Shown: piece after piece, positions 36,978 to 49,818 of the stretch
How positions within the stretch are numbered: position 1 is the stretch's first letter
Layout of the letters: the number at the start of each line of letters is the position of its first letter
Source: Microbotryum violaceum
Taxonomy: Eukaryota
Length of the DNA stretch: 64,000 nucleotides
NCBI GenBank assembly: GCA_001244265.2
Contig: CDLV01000007.1
Span: 1,054,001 to 1,118,000, forward strand
Direction of reading: 5' to 3'
Notes under the pieces: generated by a model
What the model was told of the DNA's origin: nothing
What the model saw: the letters and a program-made list of their open reading frames with translations, nothing else
Databases searched by the model: none
Program-made: the position numbers and the translations under genes

Positions 36978-37354
36978 GCCTTTTTCGTCTTGCTCCTCGA
37001 GGTCCATCGCTGTCTCACGGGGCGCATCGTGGTGGGTCTCGTGAAGGGTCAAAGCAAAGAAGGGGGCGAATGGTAGCAGAGATGAAGAGCGGCGAAGGAG
37101 CCGTAGGCATGGCAAGAACTCAAGGGACAAGGGAGTGCAATGCTAAACAACTGTCGGTTTTCTGGGCGGTGCGAGGATGTTTGACTGCTGATCCGATTGG
37201 ACAGGCACGCCACGTCGTCGGCTGTGATTGCTCCCTCAGAACGAGGAACCCACGTGTCAAGTGTTCGCATCACCAGCGACAAAGACACAACTTGAACAAG
37301 TCTCGGTGTACCCTTCATGAGCCTACCACATTGAAGCCAGCTCTCGGGTGCGGA

Positions 37355-37854
37355 TGTCACAAACGGGATTTTGCGACTTGCGCCCTTGGCTCACGTGATC
37401 TCACTCGGACCACGTGACCTCGGCTCGCTTCGAGTACGGGTCCTCGCTTCAGTGTCGCACGTGATCACGTCTTGATCACATGATCTCGCTTCGCTTACAT
37501 CGTCAGCTCACTTGGTCACATGGTCTCGCTGGCTTGTACACGTGTTCTCGCCTGGTCCATGTGGTCTTGTCTGGTCCACGTGATCTGGCTCGGTCACATG
37601 ACTCCGTTTGGCTCTTATTATCTCGCTTGATGCACATGACTTCGTTTCATGGGCACGTGTTCCTTTGCATTCTATCCTGTGCATAAAAGATGTCCAGTGT
37701 GATAGCTTGTTTCTCTTTCTCTTTTCTGCAACTCGAACCTCGCAAAAGGTCACATCTTTGCTCTTGTCCCTCGTCCTCGCCTTTCTTGGGAGTCCTTGGA
37801 GCATTCCTCGACTCGTCCCTCGCACCTCTCCTGTCTCTTTGTCCCTTCGTGACA
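37355..37854. mobile_element. Solo LTR, 500 bp
   Basis: TGTCAC...GTGACA inverted ends; exact 5-bp duplication GCGGA at 37350-37354 and 37855-37859; many CACGTGA/CACATGA motifs inside. Confidence 0.9.
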
Positions 37855-38217
37855 GCGGATTATCTAGCTCTCGGCTATCACCGCAGGAAGTCTAACATAT
37901 GTAAGGGGGTGTGTATGTTGCAAGTGGGTAGAGTAGAGAAGAAACGTCAAAGCAAAGATAAGCGAGAAGCGAAACGGGGAAAGACGCACATGTTGACCAC
38001 ACCTAGCGACAAGACTCAGGAGTATGAAGGTACCCCGCTACTGTACTACAAGCTGTACGAAAACTCTTGTAAACAAACCCTAACCCTTCTAAGAGAACAA
38101 GACGAGGTATTTGGGGGGACATAATGATACGAATACAATACATCGAACAGCGGATGCGAGAGACGCGAAAGGCAGTCTCGCCCGCGAAGTAAGATGAACG
38201 ACGCCGATGGCGAACGG

Positions 38218-40796
38218 TCATGAAACGATGGCGGAGGGAAAGGTCGTGGCGTAGGTCGCGTCTTCGCGCGGTGGAGTGGAGGCACCCGAGGAGGCGCGAG
38301 ACGATCCAGCAGGCGAGTAGTAGCCACAGCCTGACAACAGAGTGCGGCGAGGCGTCGTGGCAAGATCGCTCGAGGAATCACTGGGCATGCCGTTGAGGCC
38401 ACCGGTGTGGAAACAGTACTAAAACGCAGTGAAGGTCAGCTTTCTGGAGTCGATAGCCAACTGCACCGACACTTGGAACGGAGAGGGCAACTCACTCGAT
38501 CGAGAAAGCTCGAGAACTCCATGGGACGACTGGGCCTGTTTATGGTGCCTTGCAGCGGCGATCCCGCGATCGAAGTGGCTTCAGAGTCGACCGACTGCGC
38601 GTCGGACGAGTTCACGCTCGATAGTGGATCTGTCGACGACGAGGCAGGTGACCATAGAGCCTCTTCGGGGGACGACACGTCGGGATACAACGGCGGCGAG
38701 GCCTTGCGAGAAGGCGACATCGTTTGTGGCGAGATAGATGGGGAGTCATAGGGCGAGTTCATCGGCGAGGCCAAGGGTGATCGACGGGATCGATCTCGGA
38801 AGGTCGGGGGCAACAGAGGGGTGTAGTGCATCATCGAGCTCGGAGTCTGTGCACCTGGCGAAGGAACCGGTGATTTGTGACATGATGTGCGCACAGCCGT
38901 CTTCATTTTGGTGTCTTGGAGAGGCAGAAAGGGCCGGTCTTTATATCCCGAGTAGAGGCGCGCGAGCTCGGCTTCGGGAGGAGGTGAAGGGACACGATGA
39001 CCCGATGGAGGTCCGGGGTACAGCGAGGCTACTTTCGAGTACAGTGGTGACGCGGCTTGATACTGCTGCAGCGTCGAGGAGCCAAAATCCGGGGGAAGAT
39101 CGGAACGCGTGGCAACCGGGCTGCCGAGTGGGGCCGAAGGCTTGGAGGAAGCCGAGGCACTGGTCGGGGCATGGGAGTATGTGGTTGAAACAGTCGATGC
39201 GGGCTCGTAGTAAACGGTCGCGGGCATGCCGCCCACGATCGTCGTCGTCGAATACGCCTTGTTGATCTTGGGTGGTGAGGCCGAAGGGGGGTGGCCAAAG
39301 CCGTCAAAATGCGTCCCGTCAAAATGCGTCGAGGGACGCGTGCCGAACATCTTGAGCGAATTGCCAAAGTCGTACCGGCTTGAGAACATCGACGGCGATT
39401 CATCGGTGAACGATCGCGTCGAGTGATGCGCGGTGGGCTCAAGATCGTCGTCCATGACCAGTCGATCCAACTCGCGGCGCAGGTCAGCCATCGGGTCGGC
39501 CGAGTGGCTACCATGGCCCAAAGTCCATCCCTGACGTTTGCCAGACGTTGCATGTGCTGTCGTTGTTCCGTGCGGTCCAGTCGGGGCCGAGGGGTTCTTA
39601 ACGAACTCGACGCGGTAGTTCTGCCCACCATTGTTGTCCCAAATCTCACGATTGCCGACGTTGTAGCGGACGGCGATGAACATCGTCTTGGCTTCGAGCC
39701 GTGCGAGCAGGTCTTGCAGCTTGATGGTGAAGACGAATCGATCCGACATCGAGCCCATCGACTCGTGGTGTTCGGCCGACACTTCGGAGACGGTTTGCCA
39801 ATTGTCGAGCGTGAAGCGCACGGCAACCCACTTCTCGAACGACAGATTACGCACACGAACGATTCCTCGGATCGATTTGCCATCCGAGGCCATCTCCAGC
39901 GATTCGACGTACGCGTCCTGGTCGTGGTTAAATCGTGCGGGGAAGTTGGGCAACCGCAAAGAGATCGAGCCGGCTTGAGCACTCGTCATTGCTGGGAAGG
40001 GGAATGCCTCGGGCTCGTCCTCAGTCTCGGTTTCGACGGGACTACCACTCCGACTGACGGCGGCGGGTCGCTGCTGGGCAATGAAGTGCTTGACATGCTC
40101 CAACTGCGTATCAAAGTGGACGTACTTGGCGCCGATCGGCGTCGACGGCGCAGACCTTGGCTTGTCGCGTCTTAGCGGATCACCACCTTTGAGTGAAGAG
40201 CGAACCAGCTCGCCCGACTTTTTGCGGACCATCGCGGAGGTCCTAGTGGTGAAGTCGGACTTGGCCCGTCCCGAGCCGCGCATCGCTGAAACGATGGGCG
40301 TCGACGTCGTGCGGCTGGGTACTGGCACCAGGGGAACCCCAGACGTGGCAAAGGTGAAGTTGATTGTGTAGTTGGCGTTCTCGACTCGCGGGGTGACCTG
40401 TTCATCGTCGGTACGGGCCGCTTCGTTTGAAGAAGACTCGTCTTGGGATGAGGGTCCATCTTCGTTCGCTGCGGATGCGGGCGTGAGCCCAAAGAGCTTG
40501 ATTCTCCTCGGTTTCGGTGGTACGCCGTTCGAAGGTCCAGCGACGGCGTTGGCAGCCAAGCTCCATGTGGCGTCGATTGAAGCGGACCTGGCCTTGTCAC
40601 CCTCGGGCGAGGCGGGCTGAACGTAAATAAAGCTCGTCTGCTTGTGACTGCCGCTGCCCGACGTCGGGATCGCATCGGACGAATGTGACCGCATGTGGTG
40701 TCGCGCCGGTCGTGGTGCTATGCTCCGATCGGTGGTGGTAAGGGACATTGTACTGGTCGGTGAAGACGAGAGAGAGGAAGGTGTTGCGTAGGGCAT
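38218..40796 (-). CDS. Protein phosphatase 1 glycogen-targeting subunit (CBM21 domain, Gac1-like)
   Basis: MVRKKSGELVRSSLK, RVxF-type KYVHFD, VRNLSFEKWVAVRFTLDNW, WDNNGGQNY. One intron near the 3' end gives FLDR-YCFHTG. Confidence 0.88.
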
Positions 40797-43574
40797 AGTG
40801 TGGGCGTTCTATGGGAGGCGAGAGATAAGAAATGGGGCGAATGAGGGGGCAGCGTTGGGGAGCTGACGGGAGACCCGAGCCAACCAGTCGCGTCCTAGAA
40901 GCAGAGCCCATTGAGTGACAGACGGATCACAATAGGGTTGCGCAGAGCCATTTCAAGAGGAGAAAACAGGGACCGGTGTGGGAGAGAGAAAGACCAGTCA
41001 GTGGGTATGTTCATATGCTGGGAACCCTTCAAGATCTCGATGTATGCGTCTTCGAACAGGTGGGGCCGAGGTTGCTCCGCGATGGTGGCGTCAGCGCCAA
41101 CAGCACCCTTACCCAGCAGCTGGAGCTCAAAACAACCCAGCGAACACCGTCGGACTACGATATGCTGTCCCAGCCGAGAAGGTTCCCAGACCTCGAAACG
41201 AGCATGGCGGTGACGCGATGGGCCTGGCTTTAGGCGAGGGACCCAAAGTCGGCGCACGATCGTTTCGTTTCTCGCGTGGGCAACGGTGCACAAGGTGCGT
41301 GGCAGCCCCCCCATCAGGACTAGCTAGACCGCTGGAATGTATTCCAAGTCGTGTCAACTCACACGGCTGAAGTAATTGAAGGTCAAGCCAATGAAACGAC
41401 GCGTTCTGGAGACGAGGGTGCGGGGCGAGGCGACTAAGACATGGGAAACGACCAGGTGGGTGGTGGGTGTGGGTGCAGTGACCAAGACGGCGCCGGCCGA
41501 GAGTAGAGTGAATGCGCGCGCGTGGGCCCCATGATTGCCATTACGAAGCGCGTCCAAAAAATCGAAGGACGGCCACGGAAGACGTCGGCGAGCCGGATCG
41601 AAATTAAAGTACAGGCGGAAGGTGGCGAGGAAAAGAAAAAAAAGAACATGGTCAGTCTATACGACTCCTTCTCATGGTTCGGTGCAATAGCACGGGTCGC
41701 GCAGTCCGTTACTGCATCAAGGTTCGGGCGGAGCTAGGCGCTAGGTTGGGCAGACCGCGCCAGTTCGAGCCGAACATGGAGCCCGAGCCCACTGCCGGTA
41801 CTGGCGCCTGCGACTCACGGAGCTCTCGGTTGCCCGCGGCGCCAGTAGCCTGGCAACGCGTGGTTGCACCTTCAAACTGATGAACGGGATAGCACCACTC
41901 ACACTTCAAGTAGACCGTCTTTTTTTGGTACCTGAGCTTCGCAGGACAGGCGAATTATGCGGGCCTGACCGAGCTGGGCGGTGGAGGGGAGGCCGGGGGG
42001 CGGGGGGCGGGGGCGGGGGGGAGGGGGAGGTGAAGTTCGGTCGCGACGTCGACTTCGATCGTCGATCCAAGTGAGATCGTCGGACCACTGCAAGGAGTGC
42101 GACGAGGCACTGCGTTCACAGAGGTCGAGTGAACGACCCTACGAACAACGAGTACGGAACAGATAGATATAATTCGACAAGAAACCGAACAGTACCCTAT
42201 CGAAGCTGGCCTCGGCGTCGTCGAGAAGACCGCGGCGGTGAGTGCAGTGGGTGATGCGATACGCGAGATGTCGCTTGATCGAAACTTCGATCGGATTGCG
42301 AGCAGGGGGTCTGTCCAGGGGTTGCGTCGAATCCGAAGCAGGGGTCGAAGATGTGTCGGTGGCCCGTCGCCACGCCTCGAAACCTGAAACGGAATTCAAT
42401 TGTCGCACGGGTACAGAACAAGAGCAACTGGGCTGACGAGCGCGAGCTCTCAACAGAGGGAGTGCGATTGAACTCATCGATCAAATCGCGCAGGTCAGCG
42501 CAGGCCTTCCAGCAGCTCCCGGGGCGCGCGCCCCAGGCCCCAGGGCCTAGCTTGGCCAGGGCCTCCGCGGCCGCGCCCACGGGGCCTCTTCGCATTACCC
42601 TTCGCCTGAGAGGCCGATGAGGGTCCTACTCCGCAGTGCCAATTTTCGCATCGAGGGGATGGGTCGTGTCCCTTTGGGTAAGGATATCCTCTGAATAAAT
42701 AGTTTTCCTGGTGCCGTTGCCTGATACCGTACCTGCACTAGGTCCCTCAAACAGCTCGCGATGATCCCCGAAGCGAGTAACTGCCGTCATCACCGATCAA
42801 GGTTGCGCAGATCACATCCGGCTCGCGAGTCACGGCTCAAGATCGCTGTCATCCCCGCGCAGCTGCTTGTTGTACCCGTTCTAAGGAAAGGAAAAATAGC
42901 TCTCGGGAAGGTGTGCTTGTCAGTCGTCGGTCGACGTGTCAATTCACGGACGACGGAGTTCCGCGCCGGTCGTCGGTTCCGAAGCCCCGAGGCGGACGAT
43001 CAAAACGGTCCCATCCGTGATCACACACGTCTGGGTCAACGTCACACAGCACGCATAGTTGTTTTACTTATTACAACTGTTGAACTTTTCAATGGCTTGG
43101 GCTGCGAAGAAAGCACAAACTACGATAATACACTTCTGCTTCTAGTCGCTGAAAGAGATTACGACACCGATTGGCATCCTTTGTGCTCTGAAAGCTTCCG
43201 AGCCGGAGGTTCTTGGACCACGTATAGCGATCGTATCCGCTGCGGGTGCCGAGCTGCCGAGCCCACTGCTCGCAGAGGACTCAGCATGATCGTGGCACTT
43301 TACAACCTGAACTACAGAAGGAGGGTTAGGACAAGATCTTCAGCGAGGTAGTCATTTAGGGCCATCCGCTCTTGTAAGATGAGGGCATCGAGGCTGAGGC
43401 TCAGCAGAAGATCTCTGTGTCGAGAAACTCTCGCGGTGATCCTCCTGAGAATTGCGCAGCAGAGATTAGGCCGACGTCGGATCCAGTCCCTGCAACTATG
43501 AACTCGAGAGGCGTGTATCATCAAGATTTGACTTCTTAGTCTTTGAGGCGATTGTACAAGGGACGGCGAGATCA

Positions 43575-43944
43575 TGTCAAGGTTGAGGTTGCTGAGCCGT
43601 AGGCAGCAGGCGATAGCGAGGATAACGAGACGAGGTGCGGGATTGATGTAGTTGTTCTTGTAAGACCAGAACAGAGGCCGAGGGGGCTGGAGGCTAGTGG
43701 GGGAGTTGACTGTGAGATCAAGATTGCAGAAGGAAGACAAGAGCGGTTTCTACACAGTAGCCCTATTTATAGTCACAGGAAAGTCCAGGGAAAGCGACAG
43801 AAACTCATGGGAGCAAGTTGAAGCCAAAGGAAGCGATCGAGGCGCAAGATCATAGCGATAACTGAAAGCTCCTAGAAAGTTCCCAGCGCCGAGTAAGCTG
43901 CGCAGTGGCGCTGCGCTCAGACCTCGGACTGCTGATTCGTGACA
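43575..43944 (-). mobile_element. Solo LTR, 370 bp
   Basis: TGTCA...TGACA inverted ends; exact 5-bp duplication GATCA at 43570-43574 and 43945-43949; minus-strand TATAAATAGG at about 43762-43771. Confidence 0.85.
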
Positions 43945-45463
43945 GATCATGATGGCTGGAACGGTGCACCTCCCACTTCAAAGCCCTGCACTGCACTCGG
44001 AACTCAAGTCGCAAAGGGGTGTGGGGGGGAGAAAGACTCCTGGCAGTTTTGATTCATTTGACTCCATGTCATTTATACGCGACCTCAATTCTTCAATGCG
44101 ACCTCTTCTAAACTTTACTAGTCGGCCTACGCAGTCATTCCTTAATTTGCGCCGCGTCAGAAGAGCGATCGATGTCTGAATGGCTGAATGGTAGCAACAG
44201 AGCCGGAGCATTCAGTGTGATTCCCTCGTGAACCGGAAAGCCCCGGCCAAAGCTCTGACCACCAAATGAGGGAGCGAGAGTAGCCGGGCCAGCTCGAAGT
44301 CGGACACGGCATCTTCATTCGATACGATCGGTGATACATCCTATTCTGAGGAAGCTACACCACTTGACTCCGTTCGTCGGATGACTCCCATTCTTCATCG
44401 ACTGGAAGCTCGAGCTCCGATGAAGAACAGCAGAAGTAGAATGTCCACCATTGAAGAAGTATTCTGTCGGACCGATGAGATGGTGCCGTTCCAAACCCAC
44501 TTTAGCCTACAAAGACACTTCAAGCCTACACATTTTTATTGGACCGGCGTTTTCGACCTACTCGGAATCGTCATGAGCTTTTGCGGGCTGGATTATCCGC
44601 GGGGTCGCTTAATGAGGGAGGAAGAAGAAGCTGAAGTGAAAGCTACGTGGGAGCAGGGTAAGCTTTCTCACGATGGATTCATTTCTGATTTGTCAGCCCT
44701 TGTTGACAGGCCTTAGAAGCCGAGACCCTGTTTATCAACATCTTTGGGTAATGCTGAGATCACGTGTACTGTTCAATTCTCCTGCTACTTGAACTTCATC
44801 CTCCCGTAAACTCAACGGGTTATGATAGCGAGGGGCGCCGAGAAAAAGAGGATTCCCACGCAAGGTGAGGGAACGGGTTCAACTTCTAAGATCGTACGAA
44901 ACGGCTTGGCCCAAGCTATGAGCATTATTTGAGACCCTGGGCGCGTGTTCCGGAGGGAACCTGCCGCCGGAGGAAATCGGCGGAGAAGCCGTGGAAGTGG
45001 GAGCTGAGTGAGTGAGTGGCGAGTGGTCAGCTGGGCAGCTGGCAGGCCGGCAGGCTCAGCCTGCACCCTGTTGATTTGATCCCGAAGATCTGGTTTGATC
45101 AACAAGAGAGTGTAATAGATACCACAGTTTCGTTTTATCGTAATTGTTTTCTTACTTTTTTTGCAATATTATTGATGTGCCCTTTTAGTGCAGCCATCGC
45201 TTCAAAACCTCTCCGGTCTATCGCAGTCGCTCTAGTGGGATCTAGGATGATCGCTGGAAAGCTCCTAAGTAAGTCGAGATGGGCGGAGCAAATTGTGAGA
45301 GCAGATATAGTACAAGCTCCCATTTCAATCCGGGACACTCAAAATACAGGCTGTGAAGCATCGACTCGCGATCTCGTCACTTTACTGCCGGGCTTTAATA
45401 AGCGTTGTCTCATATCTCACCCTCCTCGACTGGAAGGCGCACCTTCCCCTACCGATAAGCTCA

Positions 45464-46771
45464 TCACCTTAACACGTAGGCAATAACGGGGAATAATTCT
45501 GTGTCACAATACCAGTGGCGATGTTAGGCCATGTAGTATGCGAAGACCGAACGAGTAGCGAATCACGCACCTTTGGGGAACCCTTGTTGCGTCTCTTGCC
45601 GTAATACCTCGAGTCCTGCATCGGCGAAGATGTTTTTAAACACTTTGTCGGACCTGTGTGTCGTACCAGAACAGCCGCGCATTCAGCATCATCCGCCTGA
45701 TTCTTCCCCGAGACCTGACACCGTCCTGCACGACTGACCTCGTGACCGAGCTGTCATCATCATCGAACAAGAATCCCGCGCCAGCCCCTTCGGTGTCCTT
45801 GCACACGTTTTCCTTGAGGATGATGTACCCCTGACAGCCCTGATCGTCCTGCCTCAACGCCTTGCGACTCCTCTTGAGGAAGTCGACCAACTCGGCGTCG
45901 CTGAGGTGACCAATACACCACTGAATCATGCAGAGGTCGTACCCATCCTCGGCCCCACCACTGTCCGTGTCCCTCCTGCGCTTCGGATCGGGCCAAACGA
46001 GGGATTCGGAGCCGTAGGTGGCCACCAACTCGACCGTGCCGACGACGGCTTGAGGATCTTCGTATCGTATCGGTGGTACCGGAATCGCCGGTGCGGCCGG
46101 GTCGAAGAACTGCAAACCGGCTTGCCACATTCGTACGCCCTTTCCCGTTGAGAGGTACTTCCATCCTTCTCTCCCTCGTTCGGCATGACGTTGCGCTTCC
46201 TTGAGGAATTTGGGTACCGGTTCCACGAGATCGACCCGGTCAAAGAGAGGAAGCTGATGAGCAGAGGGGGGAAAAAATGGCGATGGATTAGCCCAGAGCT
46301 CAAAGTCAACGTCTTGGAATTGTTTTGATCTACTCGCCAGTACGGTGGAAGTGACCCTACCAATCCCGGCACCACAATCGAGAGCTCGGAAGGATCTTCG
46401 CTGGGACTGGGTGGTGGCTGTGGTGGTTTCCGAGGCGCTGATCGAAGCGCGGTGTGGGGGCGCGATGGTTGAAAGATGGGGCATGATGGAGAGGATGAGC
46501 ATGCGAGATGCAGTGGCGTCCAATCGAGGCACGGCTGTGGCTCTGTTCTCGAGTGGTGGTCGGTCGGTTCGGCGAAGATAAGATGACAGCGATCAGCTGG
46601 CTGAAGAGTTGAGCACCCCGCATGCGCTGTACGAGCCATGACTCACGGTCCATATCCACCCAGAACCCCATTCACGGTGGCCTCGGTGTTGGCCCAATAG
46701 TCGACTCCGACCTGGAATTGAGGGAGCCTGACAGCTGGAGCTGGAGCTGGTGCATTGGCCGTCGTGGTCAT
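45464..46771 (-). CDS. TAE1: Alpha N-terminal protein methyltransferase 1 (Ntm1/Tae1)
   Basis: YW...ATVNGVLGGYG, ALDCGAGIGRVT, DLVEP, IQWCIGHLSD, KENV, FDDDDSSVTRS, GFPKELFPV. Confidence 0.92.
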
Positions 46772-47056
46772 GTTCGCAGGAGGTGCTGCGAGCTGGGCAA
46801 CAGGACCGGGCGAGAATTGGCCAATCAGAGGTGCTTTGGTGTTGAGTCTGGAGGTGAACGAGAAAGCCGCCAATGGATCGCAGAGAGAGGCAGAGAGATG
46901 AAGCGGGGGCCAAGTCGGGTTCGACGGCGCGCTTTGTTTCCCTCTCTCACAGTCTCTCCCAGTCTCACTCACACCTTGCTTCACTTTCTGTCACTCGGCG
47001 ATTTGCCCACCTCTCACTCCCTCCTCAAGCACGCGCTCGAGCACTTGTTCAAGTCC

Positions 47057-47652
47057 ATGTCCTTCTTCACCAAGTTCGCTTCCGGAGGTTTGCTCGCAGC
47101 CGGGTTCGTCCCTCGATCGGTTTCCCCACGATCACCTCTCCTCCCCGTAGCCACTTCCGTAACCATCTGACACCGATTCTCCTCGTTACAGCGTCACATA
47201 CTACTACCACATCGACATCCGAGAAACGTCGCACCAGATCGGCCAGGACCTGCACCGGCTATCGGAGCAATTGCTCGCTTCGACCCCCGTCGCCCCCAAC
47301 TCCAACTCCACCGAGACCAACCGATCGACGTTCCCACAACCGGTACCGAGTCGAGTCGGCCTCATCGAATCAATCAAGGCCAGAGTCGGTCACGCCGAGA
47401 CTATTCTTTTGGCGACCGCCTAGTTCGGTGCGCTGATCCTCATTCGTGTTTTTTTTTTTCTTTCCTTTTTTTCACGAGCAGTGGAACGAGAAAGTCGAAA
47501 CCGGCGTCATCGCCTTGAGGGAAACGGAATGGTCCACCGTGATCAGCAACACATGGAATCATGCAAAGTACGGTGCTGCCACTTTGAAGAACAAGATCTC
47601 ACCGGCTGCTGCGCAAGAGGTCAAGGACGTCACCGATCGGCGGCAGGTTTGA
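47057..47652 (+). CDS. Small mitochondrial inner-membrane protein, MICOS Mic12/Aim5-like
   Basis: N-terminal FASGGLLAAGVTYYY TM segment and spliced IESIKAR-WNEKVE...TEW motif; two introns. Confidence 0.6.
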
Positions 47653-48057
47653 GGTGTGTGATTCTTTGAGTACGTGCGTTGCAGGTTGTGGTAGATCACA
47701 AGGTGAGTCAGAACCCCGTGCAAAGTGACATCGAGAGTACCTGAGCTGACACGTCTACGTGCATGACCTCACAGGCTAGTTATTGCAATACAAGCTCGAA
47801 TCCGATCATCTCCAAGTGACGGTAAAGGCTACTACCGGCAAAGCGTAAAAGGTGATGTCTTCCGCAGCGCTCCGTCGGCATGAAAGTTCGCAGAATCGAC
47901 CGTGCGTATTCGAAATTCCAAGCCGAGACGCGCACTCCGTGACCAGGCGTGGAGAAGTGATGGCGCAAACGTGCAGATCGTGAATTACAAATTCAATAAA
48001 ACGGTACAATAGGCGGTCTCTCGTCGGCTGGACTGTGCCTCGTCAATCGCTAATCGA

Positions 48058-49107
48058 CTAGCACAGCATGGTGACCGTAGCAACAAAGATAGCGACGAAG
48101 CTTGCTCCACCGACGAAAGCCTTGCTCGCCATAGCCGACGAAACTTGCGCTTGTGCCGACGCCCCAACGACCGTGGTCGGGCCCGTACTAGTGGAAGAGG
48201 AGGGGGGTTGGGGGGCCATAGTCGTGAGAACGACGGTGACGACGTTAGCGGCTGGTGCGGAGCTCGAGCTTTCCAGGACGGTCACGATCGGCGCGTACGA
48301 GGTAACAACCACCACCGCATCGGTCGTGCTCGTTGTGGCTGCTGTTGTCGTCGTTGTCGTCGTCGTTGCTGATGTGGTGGACGGGGTCGACGCTGCTGCG
48401 GGAGGTGATGTCTCGACGGCGGCGGCGGCGGTCGTAGTCGACAGCGCGATCGATTTCCTCGTCGTAGTCGCTGCGGCAGGCGTCGTCTTGGCTGTCGTGC
48501 GAACTCTGCTTGTCGTGAACGACACGTCTCCAGCATTGGAGGAACCGAAGGACTTGATCGTCAAGGGAGCGGCTTGGGCGTATATTGTCGACAGGTCGGC
48601 AGAGTTGACAATGAGCAGTCTCTGCAAAGCGGTAAAAGGACCCCACCCCCAGCACCGCACTCAGTCTCCACTTTCTACCCAGATGACTTGCTCCTTGAAC
48701 TTACATAGGTGTTGGTCGATGACTTGCGCGCGTTGAGGTCATTCGGGATCGTCACACTCGCGGTGTTGACGAGATCGACTTCGCTCGCGATCACGATTCG
48801 AGTGTTTTGTCGAGCCGAGGCTTGTACCGTCTCGAGGATAAAAGTTCCTTTCGGTGCTCCTCCGGGTTGGTACTTCCATGTTACCTTGAGGCCCCCGGCA
48901 TTGCTAGTGGGACGACATGGTGCAAGCTTGAAGAGTGAGCACACACACCACCCAGAAACGTGCTAGACACAACTGCCCACAAGCTCTGTGCTGATGTTCT
49001 CCTCACCTGATGGTATCACCAGATTGAGGAGATGTAAAGTAGGTCGCCGCGACGAATGAAGCCTGGGCGAGGGCGACGCAAGCGGTGGCGAGAAGGGAGA
49101 GCTTCAT
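48058..49107 (-). CDS. Secreted Ser/Thr-rich, probably GPI-anchored cell-surface protein
   Basis: Signal peptide MKLSLLATACVALAQA, a beta-rich N-domain (TSP...VTW), a Thr/Ala/Ser stalk and a hydrophobic C-terminal tail after SSA. Confidence 0.75.
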
Positions 49108-49818
49108 CACGTTTTCAGTCGGCACGCGCGGTCGATCACCGAGTCCGAGGGGATGTGGGGGTCTGTGCGAAGGGGTTATTAGGCCGGGGGTGAGTCTATG
49201 CGTTTCTCGGAGTTGATGTGACGAGTCGTAGTTGGTGCGGGTGTTGATGTAGCAGAATGGTGGAGAGAAGTCAAGGTAGTGTGAACGAAGAAGAAGAACA
49301 AGACGCTCACTCGATCAAAGGATGAAGGCACTAGCACCAAGGAAAACCAAGCGAAGAAGTGTGATGGCGGCGATGACGGAGTGGGGACCGATCCCGTGGC
49401 GGGTGAGATGGCTGGGCCTTGCCCGCGGGCGGCGTGGGGGCTGGCTGGCTAATTGTCTGGAAACGACCCAAGTCGCAGTAATCGCTGCACCGCTTTTCCA
49501 ATACATTTGCGTTTGGGACGCGATGCTAGACTTGTGAGACATGATGCTTACGGGGGTTTATTTTTCTTGATTCAATATGGCCCTTCCGCAAGAGGTGTAG
49601 GCTGCGTGCTGCGTTGAAGAAACTCGGGAGTCACTGAACTTTCGGGCTCGCGCTCGGCGCTTGGAGTCGGTGAGAGGTCCGTGCGAGTTTGGCGACGTTG
49701 ACGCCCAGACCAGGCCAAGCACACTTTCGCGCCTCCGACTCCGACCGTCACGTGGAATTCTGTCATCACCACCAACGGGCTCGGGGAAAGGGCACCTCCG
49801 ACCAACTTCCCGTCAGCC

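Noticed and set aside
38075-38087. AAACCCTAACCCT telomere-like motif
   Set aside because: Only about two units, within a probable 3' UTR; expected by chance.
42520-42551. GC palindrome GGGGCGCGCGCCCC followed by CTAG, like a Helitron 3' end
   Set aside because: CTAG is followed by C rather than the expected T, and no Rep/helicase remnant or matching 5' end was seen.
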